From NCBI GenBank assembly GCA_964343575.1, contig CAYFJV010000002.1, positions 395,809 through 459,808 of the forward strand: a stretch of DNA of 64,000 nucleotides. The letters are read 5' to 3'. A model generated the notes under the pieces. The model made no database searches. It worked only from the letters and a program-made list of their open reading frames with translations, and was not told the DNA's origin. Shown here in pieces: positions 54,129 through 64,000 of the stretch; position 1 is the stretch's first letter, and the number at the start of each line of letters is the position of its first letter. Source of the DNA: an uncultured Methanosarcinales archaeon. Lineage in GTDB: Archaea > Nanobdellota > Nanobdellia > Woesearchaeales > GW2011-AR9. The position numbers and the translations under genes are program-made.

Positions 54129-55327
54129 AGTTAAAGAGAATCAAGTACAAAGATATCGAAGAAACACCCCAGATTAAAGTAAACAAGAGTTTCAAATCCC
54201 ACTTTTTTGGAAGTAGTCCTGCTCCCTTCATTGGAAGATATGGCTATCCTAACATCAATGTTGGAGTTTTATCGCCTCAGTACTCTGGTGATACGTCTTA
54301 TTTCAACTCACCAAAGCAGTGGAGCAAAGATATTCTTAGTACAGGACAAATTGCCAACATGCGTTTTGGACTTGTTAATTCTCGAACGAAGTGGCACATT
54401 AAAGATTTAGCTCAGAGAAAACGATTCATTGACATTGTGCAGGAATCAGGAGTAGTTGCAAGCTCAGTAGAGTTAGAAGTTGATCTTAAGAATGTTCCAG
54501 TTGGTGGTTACAAAGCTGAGAAAGAAGTGACACTCTTCGGCCCACGAGCAGAAGTGAAGAAAGCTCGAGTGACAGCTAATTCTCGGGTGGATACACGAGT
54601 TGATCGAGTGATAAGTGACACTGATTTGAAAGCTGTGAAAGGCGTTATGCGTTTGTATAAGCATGGTTTTGAAGAGAGCTTTTTGAATAAAGCACTTTCT
54701 GTTGGGACGCTTGGTGTTGGTAAGAACAGGAAGTTGGTGCCAACCCGTTGGAGCATTACAGCAGTTGATGATACGGTAGGAAAAGAGTTGATTAAAGAGA
54801 TTAAGGATATGCAATGTGGGGAGTATGCAGCTTACTTTGGTGGTGAGTGGGGAAACTATTACTTGTTTTTGTTCTTTCCGGATGTTTGGAGTTACGAGCT
54901 TTTTGAGATGTATCTAAAAAAACCAAAAGAAGCAAATCCTTGGAGTAAACAAGGACTCTTTTATTCCACAGATTATGAGAGTTATGAAGGAAGGAAAAAG
55001 TATGCTGAGGAAACTGCTGGCGGTTATTACGCCTCGCGATTACCTGTGCTTGAAGAGATGAAGAAACAAAAGCGGCAGGGAAGTTGTTTGGCACTTCGTT
55101 TTATTACAGATGAGTATCAGATCCCTTTGGGTGTGTGGATTTGTCGGGAGAGTTCTCGTAAATCGGTTGGCAGTAAAAGGATTGTATTTGCTTCGCAGGA
55201 GCTGATGCTAGAATATGCTCGCAGATTGGTCAGTGATAAGTTTGCTTTTGATCTTGATCTCTTGCTTGGGAGAAGTAAATTGCTTCAGAATAGAAAGCAG
55301 CAGGTGAAGTTGAGCTCGTTTTTTTGA
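54125..55327 (+). CDS. conserved archaeal protein, possibly Nre-family (DUF650/DUF651) DNA-repair-associated protein
   Basis: 400-aa ORF whose ATG overlaps the recombinase stop (ATGA); family assignment from recalled patterns only. Confidence 0.4.
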   Translation: MKLKRIKYKDIEETPQIKVNKSFKSHFFGSSPAPFIGRYGYPNINVGVLSPQYSGDTSYFNSPKQWSKDILSTGQIANMRFGLVNSRTKWHIKDLAQRKRFIDIVQESGVVASSVELEVDLKNVPVGGYKAEKEVTLFGPRAEVKKARVTANSRVDTRVDRVISDTDLKAVKGVMRLYKHGFEESFLNKALSVGTLGVGKNRKLVPTRWSITAVDDTVGKELIKEIKDMQCGEYAAYFGGEWGNYYLFLFFPDVWSYELFEMYLKKPKEANPWSKQGLFYSTDYESYEGRKKYAEETAGGYYASRLPVLEEMKKQKRQGSCLALRFITDEYQIPLGVWICRESSRKSVGSKRIVFASQELMLEYARRLVSDKFAFDLDLLLGRSKLLQNRKQQVKLSSFF

Positions 55328-55345
55328 ATGAGTTTTGCTTGTTTT

Positions 55346-55774
55346 TTAGTTAAAATACTCCCAATCGTCGGTGCTGATCTCAATGACTCTTTTTCCTGGA
55401 AGTCTGTTTTTGTTTGTTTCTTGCCTTCTTTCCCTAGCTTCTGCTCGCGATTGTTCTGTACTAACTTTTTGGTCGCTGAGATGAGTACCTGCTTTTCTTT
55501 TGTCTTCAGCTGACATCATAGATTTCATCTCTAAACCTTTCTTGAAATTGATGTTGCCGCAGTTAAGACAATTAAAATAAGGACCAAACTTTCCGGATCT
55601 TGCCTCAAGCCAAGTTCCACAAACACATTTGATCTCTTCCATTTGTGTTTCTGTGTGGTGCCGACAAGTGAGCACTCCTGATTTATTGGTGGCAGTTGCT
55701 ATCTTACCGCAGAAATAACAGTTGTCTGTCTTGTACTCTCCATAAATTTTCTTTTTTCTGTAGAATCTTGCCAC
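55346..55774 (-). CDS. zinc-ribbon protein (topoisomerase-type C4 Zn finger-like)
   Basis: Cys clusters CYFC...C..H and CVCGTWLEARSGKFGPYFNCLNCGN. Confidence 0.45.
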   Translation of the reverse strand: MARFYRKKKIYGEYKTDNCYFCGKIATATNKSGVLTCRHHTETQMEEIKCVCGTWLEARSGKFGPYFNCLNCGNINFKKGLEMKSMMSAEDKRKAGTHLSDQKVSTEQSRAEARERRQETNKNRLPGKRVIEISTDDWEYFN

Positions 55775-55873
55775 CGCTTTTGCCTTGAAATATAGAAATT
55801 TAAAATGCTTTTGTTTTGTATTTTCCTTTGTAGTTCCATAAGCTATTAAAATACTTCTTTTGGGTCGTGTTTT

Positions 55874-56539
55874 ATGGTGCTCGAGCAGGAAGTGGCTATA
55901 GTTCCCTTTGATGATCTTTTTCGGGAAGGAATTCTTTCGATTATGGAACCTTATCTCAGAGAAGCATTTCCTCCGGCGAGTTATGATAAGGCTCTTGCTG
56001 GTTGCTCTTCACACCTACGACCTGACGAATGTATTGTTGCTCTCTTAGAGGGCGAGGTAGTAGGTTATGGTACTTATTTCCAGTTCGGGACCGAAACAGC
56101 AAGGCGCTTTTCTTTTCTTCGTAGAGATCTTGATGAAAGATATTTCCCTCTTGTGCGAGGGGATGCCACTGTCATGGAGCGTTATACTCAACAGATTGCT
56201 AGCGGCACAGTTGAGGTGTTTAATGATTCAGAAGATCTCAATGGAGCGATTGCTCAGTTTGCATCTACAGGGAAGCCTTTGGAAACCTTGGATGATGATG
56301 TTTTCTTTGTTGATACTGCTGTGAGAGAGGATTTTCGAGGGAGAGGTATTGCCCAAGCTTTAATTACCAGAAAGCTAGATCTTGCTCGTGAGTTAGGAGC
56401 AAGTGCAGTTTATTTTACTGCAATGAATGATGCTTCTGTGAATTTGTACCGTAGTCACTTTGGAGCTTTTCCTTTGGTACGTATGGGCTCTAGAAGCAGA
56501 CCACATGATGTCTTTACTTCAATGGGAGTTCTTTTGTGA
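55874..56539 (+). CDS. GNAT family N-acetyltransferase
   Basis: FFVDTAVREDFRGRGIAQALI acetyl-CoA binding motif A; visibly higher GC than neighbours. Confidence 0.6.
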   Translation: MVLEQEVAIVPFDDLFREGILSIMEPYLREAFPPASYDKALAGCSSHLRPDECIVALLEGEVVGYGTYFQFGTETARRFSFLRRDLDERYFPLVRGDATVMERYTQQIASGTVEVFNDSEDLNGAIAQFASTGKPLETLDDDVFFVDTAVREDFRGRGIAQALITRKLDLARELGASAVYFTAMNDASVNLYRSHFGAFPLVRMGSRSRPHDVFTSMGVLL

Positions 56540-56607
56540 TTCTTTTTTTTATCTTTTGTTAGGAAGAAAACCCTTATATAGTCAGTTTCTTTCTTTTTGT
56601 TTGTAGA

Positions 56608-57045
56608 TTGGCATCATTTGCTGATCGTTTTGGTGGTGTGATGGCAGTTAACACATGGAAGGTTTGGCAAAAAATTGGGCTAACTAAGAAGTTGGCTCAT
56701 CAAGATGTACATCCTATCCGTGAGGTTGATGCCATTATTGACTTCTTTCACGTTCTTAACTTAGAGTCAGGAAAAATAATTGCTCGTCTTGAACAACTTA
56801 AAGAGTTAGAAAAGGAGAGGCAGGTTACCAAGAGTGAGAAGCTTATTAGAGTTAACTTACAAAGCCAGGGGATGGTACTTGATCAACTTCTTGTCGATTT
56901 GGAATTGCTTCGTGATGATACTGCTATTAATGATATTCGTATGAAACGCCTTGCCATGGCCTTTGCTTCAGATTGTGTCAAACATAAACAGAAGAAGTTG
57001 GTTGAGAAGTATAAAGAAAAAAAGGCTTGGAAGTTTTTGAAGTGA
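56608..57045 (+). CDS. hypothetical protein
   Basis: 145-aa ORF. Confidence 0.4.
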   Translation: MASFADRFGGVMAVNTWKVWQKIGLTKKLAHQDVHPIREVDAIIDFFHVLNLESGKIIARLEQLKELEKERQVTKSEKLIRVNLQSQGMVLDQLLVDLELLRDDTAINDIRMKRLAMAFASDCVKHKQKKLVEKYKEKKAWKFLK

Positions 57046-57082
57046 GTTTTCTATTTTACTGGCGCTCGGCCAGTTGAGAAGT

Positions 57083-57658
57083 CTATTTAGCAAAGATTCT
57101 ATACTTCTCTTTACCTTGTACTTCGGAAACAATTCTTTTGATCACAATTCCTTTTGGATCAGGCAAGAGTTTTACTCGCTCCTTAAGGTCAGCGAAACTC
57201 TCAAAAGGTTTTGCTTTTCTAGCATCAATTATCTCCCACATATGTTTCTTTCCAAGGCCAGGCAAGAGCTCAAGCTGGTGCATACGCATGCTTAGTGGTT
57301 GTGCTTTGTTAAAGAAGGTGATAAAGCGGCTTTCTTGCTCGTTAACTACTTTTTCTACTGCGTGCTGGAGCTCAGCTTGAGCAGTACTTGTAAGCCTTTC
57401 AAAATCGATTCTTCCTTTAGTGTGATGAATTTCCTCTCTCTTCCCAGAGCCAATGTAGACTTCTTGCTGTGGTTGGAGGAAGATCTCTCGTTTAGGAATG
57501 AGCTCTAGGAGAGTGAGATGTTCAATGCCAAGAGCCTGGGCGATAGGAGTTTTTGGACCGTTTCCTTGCATAGCGTAGCCGTGCTTAAGAAAATCTAGAA
57601 CTATCGCGTTCTCCTCGGTACTTTGCTGCCTTCGTTGTTCTTGTCCAGTTCTTTGCAT
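57083..57658 (-). CDS. conserved archaeal protein (DUF655-like, predicted nucleic-acid binding), third gene of the L21e-RpoF cluster
   Basis: Position downstream of rpl21e and rpoF, as in the conserved archaeal operon; ENAIVLDFL...LLPGLGKK motifs. Confidence 0.5.
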   Translation of the reverse strand: MQRTGQEQRRQQSTEENAIVLDFLKHGYAMQGNGPKTPIAQALGIEHLTLLELIPKREIFLQPQQEVYIGSGKREEIHHTKGRIDFERLTSTAQAELQHAVEKVVNEQESRFITFFNKAQPLSMRMHQLELLPGLGKKHMWEIIDARKAKPFESFADLKERVKLLPDPKGIVIKRIVSEVQGKEKYRIFAK

Positions 57659-57799
57659 TGTGTTTTTCCTCTTCTTGCTCTTTCTTGTTTTCTCTTTCCT
57701 TTTGGGATCTAAGCTTTCAGAATTAATAAAAGTTGTTGTTGCCTAGGCTTTATGGGCCAAAAATAACCTTTATTCTGGATGATTTAAGAAAAAAGAAGC

Positions 57800-58144
57800 T
57801 TATTTGACCTTAGCAACTTCGGCTAGGATGGCCTCTTTGTCTTTTTTAGGCAGCGTAAGTGGGTATGCCTGTAAGACGTTTTTGAGCTCCTCATCGGAAC
57901 TTGGTAGAAAGTCAATGATTTTCATGTAATGCTCGTGTTTGAGCCGAGTAAGATTTAAACCCTGAAGTCCCTCAAGCAGCTTTTTTTTGTCTGCTTTCTT
58001 AAGACTTACAAAAGCATCTAAGTATTCTTTTGTTTTTTGAGAGAGAAGTCCAAGTTCACCATCACGTTTTTCCATAGCTTTCACTGCGTCTTTCACGTCG
58101 ATAAGGCAGAGTACTTCTTCTTGAACAATAGTTGGATTCGTCAT
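57800..58144 (-). CDS. rpoF: DNA-directed RNA polymerase subunit Rpo4 (RpoF)
   Basis: About 114-aa protein directly downstream of L21e, in the conserved archaeal gene order. Confidence 0.55.
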   Translation of the reverse strand: MTNPTIVQEEVLCLIDVKDAVKAMEKRDGELGLLSQKTKEYLDAFVSLKKADKKKLLEGLQGLNLTRLKHEHYMKIIDFLPSSDEELKNVLQAYPLTLPKKDKEAILAEVAKVK

Positions 58145-58168
58145 TTTGTTTGAATGCTTTTCTTTACC

Positions 58169-58489
58169 CTAATGCTTTAAGCGCACAAGGTGAATTGGGT
58201 GCACAAAGAGCGTTTTAAGCTTGCTCCCATCTTTGAATTCAATACGGTAGCACCGTCCTTTCATACCAGTTACTTTTCCGCATCTTCCATGGAATCTTGG
58301 GAAGAACTGACCTTTAGACACGGCAGAGTTGATCTTAAGACCAACATGCTCGCCTTCTTTAAAAGTTTGAAAGTATTTGCTTAAGGGAATTTTTCCCTTC
58401 TCAGAAGCGCTCCGGCGTAATTTGTGCCGAGTTTTTCTTCGCGCAGTTCCAATTCGAGTAACCATAGCAAGGCCAATTTGAGGATACAT
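58169..58489 (-). CDS. rpl21e: 50S ribosomal protein L21e
   Basis: RRKTRHKL...GK.P...Y...GE.V motif of L21e; the true start may be the internal Met (MVTRIG...). Confidence 0.8.
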   Translation of the reverse strand: MYPQIGLAMVTRIGTARRKTRHKLRRSASEKGKIPLSKYFQTFKEGEHVGLKINSAVSKGQFFPRFHGRCGKVTGMKGRCYRIEFKDGSKLKTLFVHPIHLVRLKH

Positions 58490-58559
58490 TTATAAAGATT
58501 TCGCTGGGAAAAGAGCTTAAAAAGGAGCCTAGAAATAGGCCACTTGGGGCTAAAAAACC

Positions 58560-60299
58560 ATGGATTTTTACACAGATATTCTAGCTGTCTTAAAGGGCGA
58601 AGGAAAAGGCGAGGAGAGCGTTCTTTTTAGTGCTAAAGAGTGGGCTAGAATAAAGAGAGAGTTGGCCCAAAAACACAAACTTAAGAGAATTCCTACCAAT
58701 ATCCAAATTCTTCTTCACATCCCTGAGGAGGACATTCCTTTGCTTAGGAGTAAGCTTCTCACGAAACCTGTTCGTACTGCTTCTGGAGTGAGTCCAGTTG
58801 CTATCATGACTAGGCCTGCTCGTTGCCCTCATGGAAAATGTACTTTTTGCCCGGGCGGAATTGGAAGTCCTTATGGTGATGTTCCTCAATCTTACACTGG
58901 CAATGAGCCAGCAACTATGCGAGGCATTCGAAATGACTATGATGCTTACTTGCAGGTCTTTAACAGGCTTGAACAGTATGTGTTGTTGGGACAGACTTTT
59001 GATAAGATTGAAATTATTGTTATGGGTGGAACTTTCCCAGCTGAAGATGAAAAGTATCAAGAGGAATTTATTTATGGTACCTTTAAGGCGCTTAATGATT
59101 TCTCAGAACTTTTTGTTTTAGGGGATGGAAGTTTCGATTATAAGAAGTTTAAAGAGGTATTTAGACTTCCTGGTGAAATGCATGATGCGAGTAGGGCTGC
59201 TGCAATCAAGAAATTTTTGCTTGATTACAAAAACCGTAGTGAAACAACTGTTCTTGAGGAGCAGAGAAGGAATGAATGTGTGTCAGCAGTTAAGTGTGTT
59301 GCCCTTTGCATTGAGACCAAACCGGATTGGGGATTCCTAGCTCATGGGAATCGTATGCTTGAGCAGGGTTGTACTCGAGTAGAACTTGGTATTCAGTCTG
59401 TCTATGATGATGTGCTTAAAGTTGTACATCGAGGTCATGATAGTGCTGACTCAAAAAAGAGTGTGCAAATTTTGCGTGATCTTGGTTTTAAGATTAATTT
59501 TCATTACATGCCTGGTTTGCCGCTTACTGATTATGAGCGAGATATGGAAGGGATGAAACAATTGTTTACTGACCCTGGCTACAAGCCAGATATGATCAAG
59601 TTGTATCCTTGTATGGTGGCTCCGGGAACTGCTTTATTTCAGCAGTATAAGGCGGGAACTTTTACACCTATCGGAACTGAAGAAGCTGCTCGTCGTATTT
59701 CAGAGTTTTACTCTTTTGTTCCAGAGTATTGTCGAATTCAGCGAGTACAGCGTGATGTGCCAACTAAGTTTTGGGAAGCGGGGGTTGATAGAACTAATCT
59801 TCGACAATATGTTGATGAAAAGCACAGTGGTGAGCGAGAGAAGCTTCGCGACATTCGTGCTCGTGAACCTCGTGGTCGAGAGGTTGCTTGGGATAAAGTA
59901 GAGCTGAAAGTTTTTGAGTATGAAGCTTCTGGGAGTAAAGAGTATTTCATTAGTGCCGAAGATGTGCAGAATGATCTGTTGATTGGTTTTTGTAGGCTTC
60001 GTCTTGTGAAGGAATGCTTGCGCAAGGAAATTGTTGAAGGCAGTGCAATGGTTCGTGAACTGCATGTCTATGGAACTGCAACAGCTATTGGAGATGAAGC
60101 AGCTTTTGATGGTGCGCAGCACCGTGGTTGGGGTAAGAAGTTGATTGCCAAAGCTGAAGAGATTGCGAAGGGTGCTGGAAAGAAAAAATTGTTAGTCATT
60201 TCTGGTGTTGGTGTCCGTGGTTATTATCATAAGTTAGGTTTTGTCAATGATGGACCTTATGTGAGTAAGATACTTAGTCTTGGGAAGGAAGTTTTCTAA
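58560..60299 (+). CDS. elp3: Elp3-family tRNA uridine(34) acetyltransferase (radical SAM plus GNAT)
   Basis: Elp3-type Cx4Cx2C cluster CPHGKCTFC; C-terminal GNAT (QHRGWGKKLIAKAEEIA); basic N-terminal extension. Confidence 0.85.
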   Translation: MDFYTDILAVLKGEGKGEESVLFSAKEWARIKRELAQKHKLKRIPTNIQILLHIPEEDIPLLRSKLLTKPVRTASGVSPVAIMTRPARCPHGKCTFCPGGIGSPYGDVPQSYTGNEPATMRGIRNDYDAYLQVFNRLEQYVLLGQTFDKIEIIVMGGTFPAEDEKYQEEFIYGTFKALNDFSELFVLGDGSFDYKKFKEVFRLPGEMHDASRAAAIKKFLLDYKNRSETTVLEEQRRNECVSAVKCVALCIETKPDWGFLAHGNRMLEQGCTRVELGIQSVYDDVLKVVHRGHDSADSKKSVQILRDLGFKINFHYMPGLPLTDYERDMEGMKQLFTDPGYKPDMIKLYPCMVAPGTALFQQYKAGTFTPIGTEEAARRISEFYSFVPEYCRIQRVQRDVPTKFWEAGVDRTNLRQYVDEKHSGEREKLRDIRAREPRGREVAWDKVELKVFEYEASGSKEYFISAEDVQNDLLIGFCRLRLVKECLRKEIVEGSAMVRELHVYGTATAIGDEAAFDGAQHRGWGKKLIAKAEEIAKGAGKKKLLVISGVGVRGYYHKLGFVNDGPYVSKILSLGKEVF

Positions 60300-60368
60300 G
60301 AAAGATAGAACTAGAAAAGCGAAGGCTTTAAATAGATTTTTTGCTTCGCCTTTTTTGAGGGTAAAGTT

Positions 60369-61847
60369 ATGAGGAGAAGATATTTTGATAGATCTCTTAG
60401 GTTAGGTTCCATTCTTTTTGTTGCAGTTCTTGTTAGTCTATTGTGCTCGGTCGCTTTGGCTGCAGCGGCAACTACTACTCTTGTTTCTTCTGAAGTGGTA
60501 GTAGATGATATCATGCCTGACGAAATTGCTGAATTTGATATTTCCATCACTAACATAGGAGATGAGAGTCAAACTTACACACTTTATACCTTCGTTTCTG
60601 GGGGTCTTAATTTGGACCCAAGCCCTGCAAGTGATAGGGTGATTGAAAACCTTGCTCCAGGAGAGACTTATGAGACTGGTGTGACAGTTAACGTTGTGGA
60701 TGACCTTAAACCAGGCATCTATTACGTTACTTTGTATATTGATTCTGATTTGGGAGATACCTATGAGCTTCCTTTGAAAATTTACCTTGGTTCTGATGAA
60801 TATACTCAATATCTTCCTTCTTTTTTGGTTGATGTTGATATGGATCGAGAACTTGAACCAGGAGACGTGCAAGAAGTACGTCTTACTATTGAGAATAGAA
60901 ATCCTCTTGATCTGAGCAACATGACTTTGGAAGTGGATAGTGAACTTTTTGGATTTAATTCAGATCTTGTTGTTGCGCTTCCTCCACTTGAAACAAAGAC
61001 GCTCTCTTTCACAGCAACCGTTGATCCATTTGAACAACCTAAAGAATATTATGTCTTCTTTCGCTTTATGCAAGGGGAAGAACTTGTCAAGGTTGTTGAA
61101 GAGAAGGTAGAGGTTGTTTCAGTAGCTTCCCCTTTCTCTTATGAAGTAACTGAGGAGACAGTTTACCTTAAGAAATACCAAACCTTTGTTTTGGAAAATG
61201 ATGGTAACGTGGAAAACAGTCAGGCTTTCCTTTACCCCGTACATCCTCTTTCCACTCTCTTTTTGAACACTGATGCGAAAGTGGTGGGGCTTGATGGGAA
61301 ACAATATCTCTCTTGGGATGTTTCTTTGGCTCCTGGGGAGAGCACTTCGGTGAGTGTGGTGTACAACTATCGTTTGTTGTTGTATCTTGCTCTTTTTGTT
61401 TTTTTGTTCGTGCTCTTTTATCTTTTAGTTCGCTCTCCGGTCTTGCTTCACAAGGCGGCGGTTACTTCAACTGGTAAAGAGGGAGCGCTTCATGAAATAA
61501 AGATTGCTTTGGAAGTAAAAAATAGAAGTAAGAAAGTGGTTAAGCATCTGAAAGTGATGGATTTCATCCCGGGCATTGCTGATCTTGACAAGCGCTTGGA
61601 ACTTGGAACTTTAAAACCAGACAAAGTTGTTTCTGGTAAGAAAGGAACGAAGGTTATTTGGAAGATTGCTGAACTTGATCCTTTAGAGCATAGGATAATC
61701 ACCTACAAAGTGAGGACTAAACTTAATGTTCTTGGAACCTTTAAGTTGCCGCGAGCAGAAGCGGAGTTTAGCAAGAAGCCAGGAAAGCATAAGAAAGCTT
61801 ATTCTAACATTCTTCGCTTAGATGCTTCTAAAATTGCTGAGCGATAA
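60369..61847 (+). CDS. hypothetical secreted / C-terminally anchored surface protein
   Basis: Signal peptide plus a TM helix near residue 330; 492 aa. Confidence 0.5.
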   Translation: MRRRYFDRSLRLGSILFVAVLVSLLCSVALAAAATTTLVSSEVVVDDIMPDEIAEFDISITNIGDESQTYTLYTFVSGGLNLDPSPASDRVIENLAPGETYETGVTVNVVDDLKPGIYYVTLYIDSDLGDTYELPLKIYLGSDEYTQYLPSFLVDVDMDRELEPGDVQEVRLTIENRNPLDLSNMTLEVDSELFGFNSDLVVALPPLETKTLSFTATVDPFEQPKEYYVFFRFMQGEELVKVVEEKVEVVSVASPFSYEVTEETVYLKKYQTFVLENDGNVENSQAFLYPVHPLSTLFLNTDAKVVGLDGKQYLSWDVSLAPGESTSVSVVYNYRLLLYLALFVFLFVLFYLLVRSPVLLHKAAVTSTGKEGALHEIKIALEVKNRSKKVVKHLKVMDFIPGIADLDKRLELGTLKPDKVVSGKKGTKVIWKIAELDPLEHRIITYKVRTKLNVLGTFKLPRAEAEFSKKPGKHKKAYSNILRLDASKIAER

Positions 61848-61984
61848 GTTGCTACGTTGCATTTTTTCTCTTATTTTGTCTTTGCTATACATTCTTTGGG
61901 TCATAGTTTCTAGACAATAAAAACATTTAAATACGCTAGGAAATTCTGGTTTTTCACTACTTATACTGATAGAGAGGGTGTAAA

Positions 61985-62386
61985 ATGAGGGATTTTTTTC
62001 TACAACTAAAGGAGAAGTTTTCAACTCCTCAAATGGATGAGGATGAGCTCGAAGAGCAAGAAGCTCGCGTAGATTACGTTGAGTTAGGAGTGAGCAGAGA
62101 TAGTGAGCCGAGCCGTTCACGTGTATTAGTACGCCCTTACGTCATGGAAGATTTTGAGGATGTCAAAGAAGTTTTAGATTCTTTACGGGAAGGACACACT
62201 GTTGCGCTCATTAACATTAAACCGCTGAAGGACAAAGATCTTGTTGAGCTTAAGCGAGCAGTTAACAAACTTCGTAAGACCTGTGAAGCAATTGATGGAG
62301 ACATTGCAGGTTTTGGTGAAGATTATATCGTGGCTGTTCCTTACTTTGCAAAGATCCATAGAAGTAGTGTGGTTCTTGAAGAATAA
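61985..62386 (+). CDS. sepF: cell division protein SepF (DUF552)
   Basis: C-terminal SepF-like core (FEDVKEVLDSLREGHTVALINI...AIDGDIAGFGEDYIVAVP). Confidence 0.65.
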   Translation: MRDFFLQLKEKFSTPQMDEDELEEQEARVDYVELGVSRDSEPSRSRVLVRPYVMEDFEDVKEVLDSLREGHTVALINIKPLKDKDLVELKRAVNKLRKTCEAIDGDIAGFGEDYIVAVPYFAKIHRSSVVLEE

Positions 62387-62505
62387 TTTTTTTTCTTTCC
62401 CTCTCTCTTGTTTTCTTGATTGCTTTGTTTTTCTCAATTTCTTCTTTGTTTTGGAAGCAAAAGCTTTAAATAGAATGTTCCGGGAAAATCGCTTAGCTTA
62501 TGCTT

Positions 62506-62589
62506 GCCCAGATCGCATAACTTGGTATTGCGTCAGCCTGCTAAGCTGATTTCCTTATGGATATCTGGGTTCAAATCCCAGTCTGGGCG
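62506..62589 (+). tRNA. tRNA-Ser (anticodon GCT) with a long variable arm
   Basis: Manual fold: acceptor GCCCAGA/TCTGGGC, anticodon stem TCAGC/GCTGA with loop CT-GCT-AA, variable stem TCC-TTAT-GGA, T arm CTGGG-TTCAAAT-CCCAG, discriminator G. Confidence 0.8.
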
Positions 62590-62735
62590 CTTTTCTTTTT
62601 GTTTGTTTTTCTCTTTTTTTATCAGTTCTTAACAAAAAGTTTATATTCTCTTTCTTGATCTTTCTCTTTAGTTTTTTGCCGGCTCTTCGACGGTGCTTTG
62701 TGGCTGCTAGAGTTTGCTAATTATTTGGGTGATGG

Positions 62736-64000
62736 ATGTTGAAGGTTATTGTTAAGAAAGAATTAGCTCTGGTTGGCTTTTCGATGTTGTTAGTTCTTTT
62801 TCTTGCAGGGATATTTTTCTTTCAACAAGGCGATGGTCCAGCTGCGGGAAAAGCGGTTGCGTTTGGTGATATTGGGGTTTCTGTTGCTGATGGAAGCAGC
62901 ATTTTTGTTTCTTGTGGGATGGAGCTTAGCCAATCGATGCTTCTCACTGATAGTTTGGACTGTTCGACTTCAGGCGGGGTTCATGGAATAATCATCAACA
63001 CAGATGACATTTACCTTGACTGTCAGGGGAATAGTATCTTTGGTGGCCCTTCTGATCATCATGCAATTTTTATCAATGGTAATAACGTAGAAGTCAGAAA
63101 TTGTGTTTTAGAAGATTATGGGATTCTTCTTAGCACTTATGGAGATGATGCTCACATTCATCACAACACTTTTAGAAACAGTGCTGATGGAGTCAATGTG
63201 TGGTGGGCAGATAGGGCTACAATTGAAGATAATTCCTTTGAAGATTTGTTGTCCGGTGCGATTTTTCTACAAAGTTCTGATCATGGCTATGTTCTGAGGA
63301 ATGATCTTATTGGAATTGGTTTTGATGCAATCAGTTTATATTCTTCAGAAGGGAATAATGTTATCAATAATGATATTAGTTCTTCTCGAAATGGAATAAA
63401 ATTGACTTATGGTTCTGGTAGTAATATTGCTACCAACTTCATAAATGATAACACAGGGATTGGGGTTGCTGTTTCGGGCGCTGTGGATTCCTCAGTTTCC
63501 GGAAACATTCTTGGCAATAACGAGAAAGGAATAGTTGTGGAGTGGAATAGTGCTTTGGATAATGAGCTCATCAATAATAGGATCACCGATTCCCTAGTAG
63601 ATGGGATTCTTCTTCAAGGGACGGACCCTGGTTCTCATCATAGAAGTGTTCTTCGTGGAAATACTATAGAAGGCTCTGGCGCTCATGGAATCCAGATGGT
63701 GAATTCCCATGATAATTATATCGGAGACAATGAAGTTACTGGTTCAGCAAGGGCCGGAGTTTACATTGTTGAATCTCATGAAAATCACTTGGAGAATAAT
63801 GATTTTTCTGGTAGTCAGGAGCAAGGTGTTGCAGTCTTTTCTTCTTCTGACAATTTTTTCCTTGCTAACAGAATTGAAGGAAATACTTTGTCTGGTCTCT
63901 CATTACTTGGACCAGACCTCAATGCTACAAATGTGAGCCAAAACAATATTAGCCTTAATGGAGTTATGGGAATAGAACTTAGTGGAACGACTGGACCTGC
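62736..64000 (+). CDS. secreted or membrane-anchored protein with right-handed parallel beta-helix (PbH1/NosD-like) repeats, 3' partial (runs off the window; not in the supplied ORF track)
   Basis: Open frame from ATG 62736 to the window end. N-terminal hydrophobic segment. Repeated ...N.I..N.....GI.. motifs typical of pectate-lyase-fold beta-helix repeats. Confidence 0.65.
   Translation, partial: MLKVIVKKELALVGFSMLLVLFLAGIFFFQQGDGPAAGKAVAFGDIGVSVADGSSIFVSCGMELSQSMLLTDSLDCSTSGGVHGIIINTDDIYLDCQGNSIFGGPSDHHAIFINGNNVEVRNCVLEDYGILLSTYGDDAHIHHNTFRNSADGVNVWWADRATIEDNSFEDLLSGAIFLQSSDHGYVLRNDLIGIGFDAISLYSSEGNNVINNDISSSRNGIKLTYGSGSNIATNFINDNTGIGVAVSGAVDSSVSGNILGNNEKGIVVEWNSALDNELINNRITDSLVDGILLQGTDPGSHHRSVLRGNTIEGSGAHGIQMVNSHDNYIGDNEVTGSARAGVYIVESHENHLENNDFSGSQEQGVAVFSSSDNFFLANRIEGNTLSGLSLLGPDLNATNVSQNNISLNGVMGIELSGTTGP

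Overview
This 64-kb window is AT-rich and looks like an archaeal chromosome segment, most consistent with a small-genome DPANN-type archaeon. The archaeal markers are ribosomal proteins L10e, L21e and an L40e-like protein, RNA polymerase subunit Rpo4/RpoF, Elp3, a FlaI/FlaJ-type pilus or archaellum ATPase and platform protein, SepF, an intron-containing tRNA, and T-rich terminator tracts. The core part (1–43.7 kb and 54–64 kb) holds these features: a type-IV-pilus-like locus with three tandem paralogous membrane proteins; class II ribonucleotide reductase; an M50 protease; RlmH; a radical-SAM protein; a deoxynucleoside kinase; two tandem cadherin-like surface proteins; a Hel308-like helicase that lacks its N-terminal RecA1 domain; a DHH phosphoesterase; dCMP deaminase; a J-domain protein; a DEAD-box helicase next to CspA; and four tRNAs (Phe with intron, Ala, Ile, Ser). 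The most unusual part is a lower-GC accessory island at about 43.8–53.1 kb, next to a tyrosine recombinase gene. Its cargo is a macro-domain protein, two SAM methyltransferases, a TrmB regulator, a DHQS-like/NadE/unknown operon, peptidase E and small unknown genes. The island is punctuated by at least seven same-orientation copies of a structured repeat element of about 65–80 nt. Each copy has a palindromic box ATAACGATGTTAT, then a GC hairpin with a conserved TTTAY loop and covarying stem, then a conserved tail. Every gene module between consecutive elements is also bracketed by its own module-specific inverted repeats. This looks like an array of inverted-repeat-bounded gene cassettes separated by a conserved hairpin site; no known system fits cleanly, and integron-like, invertible-cassette and MITE-like explanations all remain open. 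Other notable points are a truncated, degenerate family-4 UDG-like ORF that abuts a compositionally atypical 829-aa gene, a protein with two Fis-type HTH domains, and a structured leader upstream of cspA.
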